NCBI GenBank assembly: GCA_965644295.1
Contig: CBFFRP010000532.1
Coordinates: forward strand, 54,224 to 118,223
Length of the DNA: 64,000 nt
Direction: 5' to 3'
Origin: Paraphysomonas bandaiensis
Taxonomy: Eukaryota > Protista > Chrysophyceae
Part shown: piece by piece, positions 52,440 through 64,000 of the stretch
Numbering within the stretch: the first letter of the stretch is position 1
Layout of the letters: the number at the start of each line of letters is the position of its first letter
Notes under the pieces: generated by a model
What the model saw: only the letters and a program-made list of their open reading frames with translations
Told to the model about the DNA's origin: nothing
Database searches by the model: none
Program-made: the position numbers and the translations under genes

Positions 52440-52527
52440 CCCTCAACAAAGTCGGACTCGCACCTTTTCGTGGTGTTCTGGGGGATACGTACCGGAGAGA
52501 TTCTCTCTGGGAAACTAACGTGAGCCG
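52440..52527 (+). ncRNA. HDV-like ribozyme candidate, best-preserved copy
   Basis: P1 CCCUCA/UGGGGG (52440-45/52479-84); P2 CGG-A-CUCGC/GUGAG-CCG (52453-61/52520-27); P3 ACC/GGU; L3 UUUUCGU; P4 CCGGAGAG/CUCUCUGG; J4/2 with putative catalytic C52515 in CUAA. Confidence 0.68.
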
Positions 52528-52785
52528 CAAACATAGTCAGCAGATGTTCTCCTGCCCATATTAAGGACATCCGGGGTATTAAGAACTCAAAAATCCTGAA
52601 GTCAGCTGTCAGTGCTATCAACATTTTGCTTTGAGTGATAGAGCGTAAGTGATTGCACCTTGGTGCTTTCGGTGACGCACAAGCAGCTTTCGTAGTGTTA
52701 AATAGTAAATAGTAGGATAATAGTTAAGCATTGACTCGTAAACGCTATTGCTAATAGTAAGACATTCACCACCACCACCACCACT
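52440..52785 (+). mobile_element. Internally deleted copy of the retroposon retaining both ends; (CAC)n tail
   Basis: Starts CCCTCAAC like copy 1; ends CTATTGCTAATAGTAAGACATT(CAC)n; lacks the central ~130-bp hairpin segment; no clear TSD. Confidence 0.8.
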
Positions 52786-52814
52786 AATTTGGTTATATAT
52801 ATATCTAAACTGGT

Positions 52815-52875
52815 TCTGACTTTTGAACGCCTATTGCTGATAAACAGATACTCACTACTACCTACTACATACTAC
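52815..52875 (+). mobile_element. Short 3'-end stub of the retroposon with (CTA)n-like tail
   Basis: TGAACGCCTATTGCTGATAAACAGATACTCACTACTACCTACTAC matches the family 3' end. Confidence 0.6.
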
Positions 52876-53158
52876 AGGCCTCTTATCTCCTACTGTTGTT
52901 ATTCTGTGGTACAGGCTGATACCATTATATAAATGTCTAGTAAAAGTCAGGGCGAATTGCTTACAATAATATCCTCCTGTTCAAGTGAAAATATATGAAA
53001 AGACCTTAGTATGGCATTAGAAAATTATACAGAAGAAGAATAAACGGTATATTTGGTACAAAAGAGCTTCACATTATCTTAACGTATAATAATCATAACT
53101 CCAATCACATACTTAATTACTTTATGTACAAAATACACCTCTAACACTAACCGCTATT

Positions 53159-54571
53159 CTATCTCTTGAATCTCTTCAACACCTTTGCAAGAAAATAGTT
53201 CATCCCTTTTCCAGGTCCAACACACAGCAGACCTTTGAGAGTTTGTTGAGTTGCCGCACTGCCTCATAGTGATCAACAAGCACATTTTTAAAAAATATGT
53301 ATTACCTCCCAACAATTTTCCACAATGCACTGTTAACAGCTGCAGCACGGGCTACAGGAGGAGATGAAGGACTCTGTATGCATATTTTCTCTCTGCCAGT
53401 GTGAAAGCTGGTTAGCGATAATACAAAAACTATCAGCAGCACAATAATATACCTTGCTGACAGAGTATTTACAAATACTTTCGGGAAGTCCATGCAAAGT
53501 TGCTCGTCCTCAATATCTCTGAAGTTCTATCGTAGTGATTATGTAGAACTTAGTCAACCTACGACAAGAGGTAAACGTACTCACCTGGAAAAGGTCGAAG
53601 CTGTTTTTCCTAGTTTCCTCACTGACGATGCCTGCCTCCGCAAAGAGAGGCTGGTAGATACTTCTAAATCCCAAAGTATTAGGCAAAACCATGTTCATCA
53701 CTTTATTGGGATTCTCCGCGAAAAGCATACGAGGGTCACCCTTATACGATATCCCTGCAAGTGCTGCATATAACTGTACTTCGCTGTCCAAAACACTGAG
53801 GACAGGATTAAAATAGTAAAACATGTTACCTAAAAGTTTTAGGAAGGGTAAGCAAGGCAACACGTAATGCATATTTCCTGTTGATTTCTAGTGCCTTCAT
53901 AAATTTGTGAGGTTCGCCAGTGAGACCATCTAGGCATAAGTGTACGGGTTTGTGTAAGCGACCCGCAACGTATAAATACTTCCAATGGAGCAAATCGTCC
54001 AACAGTTTCTCGGTACTTATTACGCCATACTTCATGAACCGACCACTAAACCTGGAAATATTTAGTGGAACCTAAATATAATAATAATAACACCCATTAG
54101 CATTTTTTTAAAACGCGCATCTTACCTCCACATTAAACCACATTGCAACACCTCCACTGTTAGGGCCCTGGATAATACATATTTAAAATTCCAATTCGAA
54201 ACAGTGCTTTACGCGTGCCTGCACTATACGGACGAGGTAGTTTGGATCAATAAAGGAGCTGTAGTGATCACGATTACGTGCAATATTTTCTTCATGCCAC
54301 TATACATAGATAAGTTACGACTAATAGGTCGGCATGATACTATACTTGAATAGGGTCGTCTGTGACGAATATAAAATCCAACATCGGCAGCTTGTCAGTG
54401 CGCTCCACAGCACCCTCATACTCATAACCAGCTTGCTGAACCACTCCAGATCCATACGCAAATGCAAACTGTTTACACAGGTTACTGTTATTCTGCACAT
54501 CACCGGATAGTACTGACCGATACAGGGGGGAAATTTCTTAACAATTCCTTAAAATCAGAGTCACTCAGCAT
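53159..54571 (-). CDS. TAM41: Mitochondrial phosphatidate cytidylyltransferase Tam41/Mmp37; multi-exon
   Basis: FAFAYGSGV, MLDFIF, KYGVIS...LLDDLLHWKYLYVAGRLHKPV, ISYKGDPRMLFAENPNKVMNMV, QTLKGLL motifs. Confidence 0.93.
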
Positions 54572-56331
54572 ACTAAACAGATGTGTTTATATCTGCCACA
54601 GGGATCACTCGAAACTCAACTAGCTAGAAGTAATGGCTTACAAACTTCTTGCTGAGCTGTTATGGTTGCATGTGTTGTGTGGTTTCATTGCACTTTACTG
54701 CGCCTTGTGTTGCAGTTAACTGTCTGGTTACTGTACCACTCTCTCTGCTCGGCTGTACATAGATGTACAATATGTATGCTGTGTAGTCTAGTTCATACAT
54801 AACGTAATATAGAATACAGTAATATCACAGCATAGTATACTACTGCGGCTACACTGCAATGTACTGTATATACAGTACTAGGAATTCCTACGTAGTGCGT
54901 AAAATCTAGCATATGGGAAACGAGAAACGAGGTGACTGAAAGCAAGGCGGAATATATACGCACAGTCGATTGATCCAGCAGTATCTCAGCCACTGTATAG
55001 ATATATAGAGGATAGGTATATGTAGAACAACACTATCATGTATCGTGATTCAATGTGGTTGTGCATGATATTGCAGCAGGATAATATTCCGTCCTTGGAA
55101 TGACTCATTAGCGATAGTATTCATACTTCTCCATGAGAGCAACATCAGTGTGGCATGATTTATACATAAGAATAAACTATATGTTTCCGAAATGATTTAT
55201 AGATCAACTTCTTAAAAGTTCTCACCTTACAGTAGAAGTGGTCAGGAAGAGCTGCATGTTTCTGTGCAACAGACTATAGAGAATATCTATGCATTCGTTA
55301 CCTGTCGGCAGCATTACCATTTCAATTTTTGGCCTGCAAGTGTATTAATATATCCTAGGTTATGATACCAAGGATTCGTTATATAGAAAATTATATTTAA
55401 TATTACGATAACAAGTGTACCATTCAATGATATTTGATTTCGAATGCTGAAAAGCATACATACGAGGCTGTTTTTGTTGGCTGTGAGCTATGCTTTCATT
55501 TCACTGAGGCTAGATAGCAATTTCAAATCATCACGACTGGAGAATTACGCTCCGTTATTATTGTGCGCACGTAATAGCAATATATTCGTGTATTTTGTAA
55601 TATCAACATTCCCGTGACTCATATGACAGCCGATATTTGTCACCAGAGACTATAGACGAGGCGAGTTGTTTAGCTTGCCTATAGAGATGCAGTATTATCG
55701 TAAGCTCTATGCAGAGAGTATTCCAATTCACATCTCACGGGTAGATTAGGACTTTCAAGCGAAGTAAACGTCATACATGTACTTAAATTCTGTTCACCTC
55801 ATCAAATAAGCTCTAAACGTATGCTGCAATAAAAAATAAATGACTAGCTCTCTGAGTGCTTAGTTAGCAAATACTTAGGACACTATCAGTAATTAAGCTT
55901 ATGACTACGGAGCAGATTGGGAAAAATATGGCTGTAGGGGATAAATCCTAGTCCACTTTCATGGAGATATTACAAATGACAAACCAATAGCAGCCATATT
56001 TTCTTGTTTTATTATTGTTGATAACTGACTAGACAATATGGTCAGACTATGCTGGTTACCGAATGTATTTCTTACACAACTGTTAAAACCATGACTGTAA
56101 CACAATGCAACCAGAGCAACTATTTATTTCATGATATGACGATTCCACATGATAGTCATTGGCGTTGCTGAGTCCAGAGTTCATAAACTTCAGAATATAC
56201 ATTAAAGAGACTAGCTATATATAGATGCATACAAGGAGATAAGATTACAACGCAACACTTGGCACAAGTATGCGACGCATAGTTTCGTTTTTCCCGGGTA
56301 TGTACATCATTTGGAGCATGAGGCTACAAGC

Positions 56332-57097
56332 CTAAAAGCTGGCGACCTCTAGTGTCTCAGAAGTGCAGGTGTCTTCGCCTTGCACGTCTTCCGGGCACTC
56401 GATCTGCACAGTTGGCATATATGCTTCATCTACTCCCCAACAAGTGAAAACGCCATTGACGTAGTTCCCACCAGAGCACTGGAGGGAAGCATAAGATGGT
56501 CCGCCGAAATCATCACGAAGGGTAGAAGCACTTATAGTAGAGCCGACAGCGGCAGTATAGTCAGCAGGAGTGCCAAACTTTTTGATTAGTGCGATCGTTG
56601 CACTAAAATAGTCGTACTGACTCAGGTTGCTGCAAGTCCCATGCTTGGTCCACTCGTGGGTCCAGAATTCATCGTAATTAGGGTCGGATTCAGCATACTC
56701 TGTGTCTGGCCAGTAAGTTGTCATATCATCCATTCCGATCTCCTCTGGAACAGCAGGGTCAAAAGCTTCATCCGTACAGTACGATGGATATCCTCCGGAG
56801 GAATACTGGGGCTATACAGTTGTTAAAATAAAATTAGAGAAGTCTGTGCGCACTCACCCAGAGACCGTGCACAGTAAAGTATTTCCCCCAGAAGTCCTCA
56901 GGGTGCTCGCAACCGTAATAGTTAGTCTTGTCATAGCAAAACTCCGGTTGCCAGGAGTACGCGAACACATACCTACACATACCAGTTTTATACACTAACA
57001 AACAAGTGCCGATATTAACTCACATGTCCATCGTCTGGTTCGAGCCAGCCTTCGCCATACTCAGGCACCCCAGTAGGAGAAAGGCAAATCGTTGCAT
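56332..57097 (-). CDS. RNASET2: Secreted ribonuclease T2; 2 introns
   Basis: Signal peptide; CAS I FTVHGLW|PQ and CAS II FWTHEWTKHGTCS. Confidence 0.93.
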
Positions 57098-57747
57098 TTC
57101 GATAGATATTAGATTCTTAATACAGCAATAGCAGGAAATAAGTTGAAGTTAACTTATATGTGAAATTACACTTATTGCTGGTGAATATACACTCCTGTAG
57201 ACATCGAGTTCTTGCCAGTGTACAGCATACCACATACAACGTAGCACATACATATGCCCTCCATACCCATATGGCATAGAAATCTTGAGCAGAGGTTTTC
57301 GAATAAAACTGAAATCATCTCTTGGGTAGCCCGTACGAAAAATACCGTCCGTGACTAGTCCGTGACAATATTTATGTACGTACGCATGATATTCCATACA
57401 TGTTTTTAAGTCAAAGTGTTTTGGTTAGAACACCACATACGCAGATAGTAATAGCGGAGAGCACCGGGAGGTAGATAGGGAGGTACCGCATGCAATTCTA
57501 AACTAAACTATTCACAGTGCTCTGATGATTGTCTGAGTAATCGTGATTATACTGCACCTGTATACTACAACATACATACACACACATATATATATATCTG
57601 ATGCTGAGTGATATATGAACTGACGGTATGAGATTCACGACATTCAGCGATTAGCCGAACTTTGATACCAGAAATAAGTTATAGACAGAGTCTGCAGTGA
57701 TTTTATATGTCAGTGTGAGCCATCCATTAGCAGAATCATATAACAGC

Positions 57748-58722
57748 ATGAATGAAGAGACAGTAACACACAGTGCGGACATGACTTCAATCAGCTTCCG
57801 CCCTGTGGAACCACGTGACCATGATATCCTCAAGTCGCTACACAACGACTTATTTCCGGTGAAATACTCCGATAATTTTTTCACGGAGGCTGTACAGGGC
57901 CGTGGAATCAAAGGAGGGAAGCTCTTTACGTCCATTGCTGTGTTGAATAATAATGAAGGCGAGGAGGTGGTTGGGTTTATTATGTGCCAGTTCATTGCGT
58001 CTTCATCATGTGACGATGCGGCTGATTTATTTGATGCCGGAAGCGAGCCTGGAGAAGTGCTATATATTCTTACATTGGGATTATCAAGGTCCCACAGGCG
58101 ATGCGGACTTGGGTCTGCCCTATTGCAAATGTGCGTAGAGCATGCTAATGTCAATAGGTTCTGCGGAGCGGTTAGTAGTATCTATTCAGACGATTACTTG
58201 TACTTACCATCTCATCCAATCATATAGGTATACCTACATGTGATTGGCTACAATCTTCCGGCGCAACGGTTTTATGAGAAAAATGGATTTATATTTGTGC
58301 AGGAAATTCCAGGTAGCATTTCCTGAATGTATCATTCTAATCTAACGAACCATTTCTTAGATTTTTATCGCATCCACGGTCGAGGGTATTGCTCGCATAT
58401 GTATGCTCTCTATCTAAACGATTACTGTCCCCCTCTCTGGCACCGAATGAAAGCTGCCTTTCGCGAACAAGGAGAAATTTTATATAGAGCAGTATGCCAG
58501 CTAGGAGAAGTTGCTGCCGTTGGATGGATATTTTCAGCTCTAGTGCAACTGGTAGAGCGGCAACAAGAGGAGACAGAAGACAGACCCTGCGACCCGTATA
58601 TGGATGATATCGAACTCCCCCATGACGAAGAGTCACTAAAACTGAATCATACTCTGGAAAATACGTTACCTAAGGAGGACTCTAGACCCGTAGACCATGC
58701 ATGTACGACACATAACTTTTAG
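57748..58722 (+). CDS. NAA60: N-alpha-acetyltransferase 60-like GNAT; 2 introns
   Basis: LHNDLFPVKY, LYILTLG...RRCGLGSALL, VYLHVIGYNLPAQRFYEKNGF, DFYRIHG; amphipathic C-terminal segment. Confidence 0.85.
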
Positions 58723-59526
58723 TGCTATTGGTTTTTGCTGCGCCGGATATGGTGTGGCTGCAGATGCAGTAAATTGTAGGGAATGGTTATAGTAGCTGTT
58801 GTGTATATAATGGTTGATGTAGTGATGTAGTAATAGGATCATGTCTAGCATTGTAATGTGATTGCCAGTAATGAGGTGCATATGCAATAATGTGGTATTC
58901 CATTTGTTTGATATTTCAAGACTGGTTCTATTAACGAGATTTTTATAAACAAATGTATAATTTTGATGTATTCTGGACAAGCGCAAAGGGTAGACATTAA
59001 AAAAGAATTTTGCTTTAACAATAACCAACTCGAAGTCTTCCACCCACCGTATTTCATCCACTACGTACCACTGTAGACCTATTTACTTAATATTAAGGAG
59101 GCAATTATTGATTGTGGCACTCTGTCTTGACGCATATTGAAAATTGTGTATACGCTTGTAATTATATTGTTTCCTTTAAATTCTGCTACATACACAAGGT
59201 GTTTTACATACAAGTATGTACTATATCGAATTTTATGTGGTGGTTCAATAGACTGTAGTTCTATACACAATGTAATACTAAAGAATTTGAATTCGCACTT
59301 TATCTGTACCACAAGAGCACAAGAGATGTACAGAGAAATCGAATTAAAAATACAGATTCACTCCGCGTGCACACTCACTGATCTTTCGTTCTTATTACAT
59401 ATTATTCAAAAGTAACCCAAACATCAAAAGAATTACACAACCACGGACAGATACAGTTCTAAAATGCATGGGCCCCCAATATGTCAGCCAACCACATAGT
59501 TAATCCTACGGATCGATTTATACACT

Positions 59527-61744
59527 CTACAGTCTCGGGTCATAGTTATACTTGCTCTTTAAGCGCGCAGCCAATATGTTAGTCGTGAATTCTGCTACCT
59601 ATATGGACGTTAATGGGATATGTATACATGACGGCAGACCTTTTGCGCCATTGTGAGCGCAACCATTGCATTTTCACTGGTTACAGCATACAAATTTGGA
59701 GACATGACGATTGCCATGTTCTTAACTGACATCCTGTTCACATCCTCGTTTATTACTATCTCCGCCTGCAAAAAAAGCACACAAACGTTCTTATTCAACG
59801 CATTACTTCTTTCTGACACCAACCATAAGATCAAGAAGCCAATACACGATTGAGTGCTGATCACCAAACACCCTGTCCATCTCTACAACTGTTTCATCCA
59901 CTGATAGACGGGCAATTCTGTGGATGTCCTCATCGGAGACGTTGTTCAAAATATTCACTGGAAGCTCTCTGAAGAATACCTACGCCCAAATGATTTAGCA
60001 AAAATGAGTCACAGCATCAGAATTTGACCTTGATGAGGTTAGCTAAGATATTCACATCCGAGCAGCCTTCATACTCCCCGGTGTCTATCTGAGTTTTGAC
60101 GGCCTGTATCTCAGGGTGAAGCAAGGTCATTTTTTCTCTGCAGCACAACTCACACACCTGGCACTCATCCTTATCAGGCGCAAGACGGAAAACCCCGACA
60201 ACCTACAGAAAGCAGAGGCATCACGTCAGAGTAGCAGGTGTTCTTAAGGTGAGTACTTACATCCTGAGCATTGTTCTCGAACAGGTGACGCTTGAGCATT
60301 ACCAGCACAGTAGGTATGCTACGTTCTTCGTCAGCATGGAACGTTATGACACAGTATGGCACGTACCTCTGGGAATAACCATCCACAGATCTCTTTTGCA
60401 GACTCTGTACAGACAATAGACATGCCACGTTATAATGATCCACGTACGATATAGGCTTCAGCATACCTCGTAAGGAACGCCAAACTGCTTGTTTTGATGT
60501 TTCCATTCTGGGGGGAGACCTTCGAAGCGCGATAAATCCTCATTAAACACGACTTTAACAGCATGCTTGAAGGTAGTCTTATCGGGAGAGGATATCACGG
60601 ATGGATCTATCGGCGCGGAAGACATGGACACAGGGCGCTGGAAACCAAGCACATATCAGTGATACACGTATGTCGAGCGGCATGCTTCAAGGTGCGCGAT
60701 TGTAACATATATGCGTGGAAATATAACATACGTACCCTAGCAGAAGGGAAGCAACCAGTTGCTCCCAACGCCTCCGTAACTTTCTCTGGAACTCCTGGTG
60801 GAGGAGGGAGGGCTTCATCTGATCGTCTCTGCTCTTGACCACGTAGTGCAACAATCTAAAACATTCGTAAGTTCTGTCCACAATCCAACTTCGCTATGGC
60901 ACCTTTTCATCGACTGCCTGATTAAAGTCTGCCGAACTTCCACTTTCGCTGTCCTCTGCCTGACTAAAACACTGCCCTACAGCTTCGTCTACCACTTGGA
61001 ACTCCGCAAGAGATATCCTCCGTTTGTTTTTGAGGGTTTGATGCACACTAGTCCTTCGAACTGCCCCGGACTCCTGAGAAACACCAATATATGAGTATTC
61101 AGATATAATATAAAGGTATATAGTACCTGTTTAGCAGCGTTAGTTATTCCAGCTTCTTCTGACGGCGCTTGTAGAGAGGGAGGTCCTGGTGGAGAGAATG
61201 CTCCTGTACTAATCTGATAGACACAATCAGCAAAGAACAACCCTGCAGCACATAACCTAACCTCAATTAGTGCCGCTGATATAGCTGCTGTAAAATCCAG
61301 GGCCTCTGTTTCAGATTCAAAGTACATGCCGTACCGCGTACCACCCATGTCTTCAAACTTATTCAACGTGAATGAGTGAGAAGTACAAGAATATAGAGTT
61401 GCATACTTACTTCGGCAAAGTCTTCTGCAACTAGCACCCACTGTGTGCTCTTCTTAATCAGAGACACGAGCATAGCCTGCACGAATGTATAAAGAATCGC
61501 ATATATATATGAAAACACACCAACCGAAGGCAAGGTAAAGGACTCTGTATCCGATAGAGCAAACTTCAATTCACCATCCTATACAAAGCAACCCATAACA
61601 CCATTAAAAACAATCCAATCTATATTATCGTACCTCAATCCATATTTTGGCTTTGATCCACTCGCCATCACTGATAGGGTCCCAGGTCTTTCTCGCAGAT
61701 AGTTTGAATAGAGAAACATGGGTCGTCACAGGTAGTCCGGACAT
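59527..61744 (-). CDS. RhoGAP with CRIB motif and N-terminal PH/EVH1-like domain; many short introns
   Basis: CRIB ISSPDKTTFKHAVKVVFN...FEGLPPEW; GAP IPTVL, GVFRLAP (arginine finger), ANLIK|VFFRELP, NRMSVKNMAIVMSPNL; N-terminal YGMYFESETEALDF. Confidence 0.87.
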
Positions 61745-61849
61745 ATCAATGATGATACCGATGATATTGAGGAAAGATTTAGGGTAACATATGCTATGAA
61801 CAGATTCGACGTCTTATCTGCTTGATTTATTACACTTTGTGTATCTGGA

Positions 61850-61850
<1 letters not shown>

Positions 61851-61880
<30 letters not shown>

Positions 61881-62085
61881 TGTATGTATGTATGTATGTA
61901 TGTATGTATGTATGTATGTATGTATGTATGTATGTATGTATGTATGTATGTATGTATGTATGTATGTATGTATGTATGTATGTATGTATGTATGTATGTA
62001 TGTATGTATGTATGTATGTATGTATGTATGTATGTATGTATGTATGTATGTATGTATGTATGTATGTATGTATGTATGTATGTAT
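61851..62085. repeat. (TATG)n microsatellite, ~58 units
   Basis: Perfect tract starting ~107 bp upstream of the RhoGAP ATG. Confidence 0.97.
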
Positions 62086-63720
62086 CTTGTGCTACGTAGG
62101 AACTCCTGTGAGCTGAGGAACGTAAACGACACAGGTCCACGCACAGACATTCCACAATGGTTTGAACCACCGATGTCATAGAAACTCAGTGGATACTCTT
62201 GTGTACACACAGGCTTTCAGCGTCATGAATAGAAAAGAGCTGACTGGTAGTCATCCTCTTGTTACACATCCACGAGGGTTTACCTAACATCGATTGATAG
62301 AGCTAGAGATGCATGTACTGCTTGGAGTAGAGGGTGTCCTGACATCGGCATGATTACTTTGTCAACTAAATCATATGTTCTACAGGACTCCGGACCACTG
62401 GAACACCACCCTGTTTAGCCACTGCTTCAAAGGTGAATACTCTTAGAGATAGATGAAAACAGTCAAATCTCAACATGGAAATAAGAAATATATTTCATGG
62501 GAAACTTCCTGGTGACATACATACGAAGACATACATGGCAAATAGGAAAATATTTCCGATTTACAAAGCCATTTTAGTTGAAATGTCTGAAGCTGAGCGA
62601 GAATGATTGTCAATTGTCAAAATAATAAATTATTCGAATTAGTCAACGTTTTAATTAAAATTTTAAGAAGCAATTTTGCTTACACGCAATACAGTGAGGT
62701 CAAATCAATGCAGCATTGCTCAGGTACTCAAGCAAGGTCATTCCGTACTAGAAGCATAGAGTATATGTATATAAGTCTGTAGTCTGTAGTCTGTAGATCC
62801 TTAATTCCCTTCATAAAGTCATCAAAGTTGATAGTTGGGAGGTTTTTAGTTTTTAGGGTCACCAGACATTTTAACCATTATGACGAGGTACACATACACT
62901 TGTTGTAATAATAACTGAAAAGCCAATTGTTCTAAATAACAAACTATAGAAAAAAGCGTGTACAGATACAATAAAAGTATATCATTTGAACAAACACAAA
63001 GTTATGAAATTTAACGGCAAGTGAAATTCAAATATTACATGAAATTAGGTCTAACTAGAAATATTAGAAGCAGTAAGATTTAATCCATATTTCATTTTTG
63101 CAGAGTGATGTACCAACATCACTACATTATTGCCAATGACAATGGCCTGTTTCCAGATAGTTGCTGGAAATACTTTCCAGTGCGCTGGATATAATAGTAA
63201 ATCACCCAGATACTTGTTCATAAGGTATAACCGAAGCACATATAGTAGAACGCAATCTATAAATTAAATAATCAGTCAGCTGAATGAGCTCAAGAGCCAT
63301 CTCTCGTATTCCTTGCAATCATGTACAAGCAGACAAATTCTAGGGACTCTATTCTTGGATAGAAAGAAATGGTTGTATAATGTGTGGCCTTTATTATGTC
63401 ATTCCTCTCGTATGGGCTGACTGCTGTCGTGCATCGAGGAATGAGTGTAAATCTATGGGTTATGTGTAGTCTTATAATTGTCATACGTCTCTAGGTATAG
63501 AGACTCAGGATTAGCAGTGACTGTGTGTGAAGTCTGATAGTTCAAATGCTGGCTAAATAACAACCCTTCTTGTGTTTTTTTCCTATTAGAAATAATTCGA
63601 AGTCCACTTCCTATTGTTATACATTATCGTGATCTACTGACGCTACTGTTCTGGTTTGTATCCATCTTACGACGATTATAGCATTTAAAGTCCTGTTAAC
63701 TAGATATATATAGCTAGTAT

Positions 63721-63769
63721 AGAATGTCTTACTATTAATAGTAGGCGTTTAAGAGTCTGCGCTTAACTC
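63721..63769 (-). mobile_element. Short 3'-end stub of the retroposon
   Basis: GAATGTCTTACTATTAATAGTAGGCGTTTAAGAGTCTGCGCTTAACTCT resembles 28938-28985. Confidence 0.6.
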
Positions 63770-63772
63770 TGA

Positions 63773-63962
63773 TAGTAGTGAATGTCTGATTATTTAGCAA
63801 TAGGCGTTGAGACCTTGCATCAATTAGTGGCTAGAAGAATGCTAGTCATACTAGTTAGACCACTACCCGTAACTAATCAATACAAACTCTTTTATCCTAC
63901 TATTTAACGCTACGAAAGCTGCTTGTGCGTCGCCGCAAGCACCAAGGTGCAACCACTTCCGT
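63773..63962 (-). mobile_element. 5'-truncated copy of the retroposon, same 3' subtype as copy 1
   Basis: Colinear with 28001-28183 (GCTAG..AATGCTAG..CTAGTTAGACC..TAACTAATC..TATCCTACTATTTAACGCTACG..GCACCAAGGTGC). Confidence 0.8.
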
Positions 63963-64000
63963 TCGTTTTGTGTGATATGAAATTCGCCTTTATCGTGTGT

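Noticed and set aside
52316-52624. Short ORFs within the repeat copies (also 29055-29444 and 28429-28674)
   Set aside because: Frames are broken differently in each copy and contain no RT, endonuclease or transposase motifs

Overview
Gene-dense eukaryotic genomic DNA with standard code and short, mostly 45-100 nt GT-AG introns; the gene content suggests a stramenopile/ochrophyte-like protist (inference). About 14 protein genes lie mostly in alternating head-to-head / tail-to-tail pairs. The first 27.5 kb is dominated by one giant spliced gene (~8,460 aa): signal peptide, C-type lectin, Pro/Thr/Ser-Gly-Gln mucin-like stalk carrying nine copies of an unrecognised 129-aa 4-Cys domain, SEA-like domain, TM helix and ~810-aa tail. 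Other genes: a sulfotransferase, a small PT-rich membrane protein, an FG-GAP beta-propeller membrane protein, a HET-like/TPR protein, a dual-specificity phosphatase, FabG, a PDZ/split-BolA/IQ protein, PPT1, RBM26/27-like, TAM41, RNase T2, NAA60 and a CRIB-RhoGAP. The most notable non-coding signal is a ~0.5-kb non-autonomous retroposon family (5 copies plus 3 short 3' stubs). One copy has a perfect 13-bp target-site duplication, and full-length copies begin with an HDV-like ribozyme fold of the C1-starting type known from trypanosomatid L1Tc/ingi/SIDER elements. Long (TACA)n microsatellites sit in promoter regions. All gene models and RNA folds were derived by eye.
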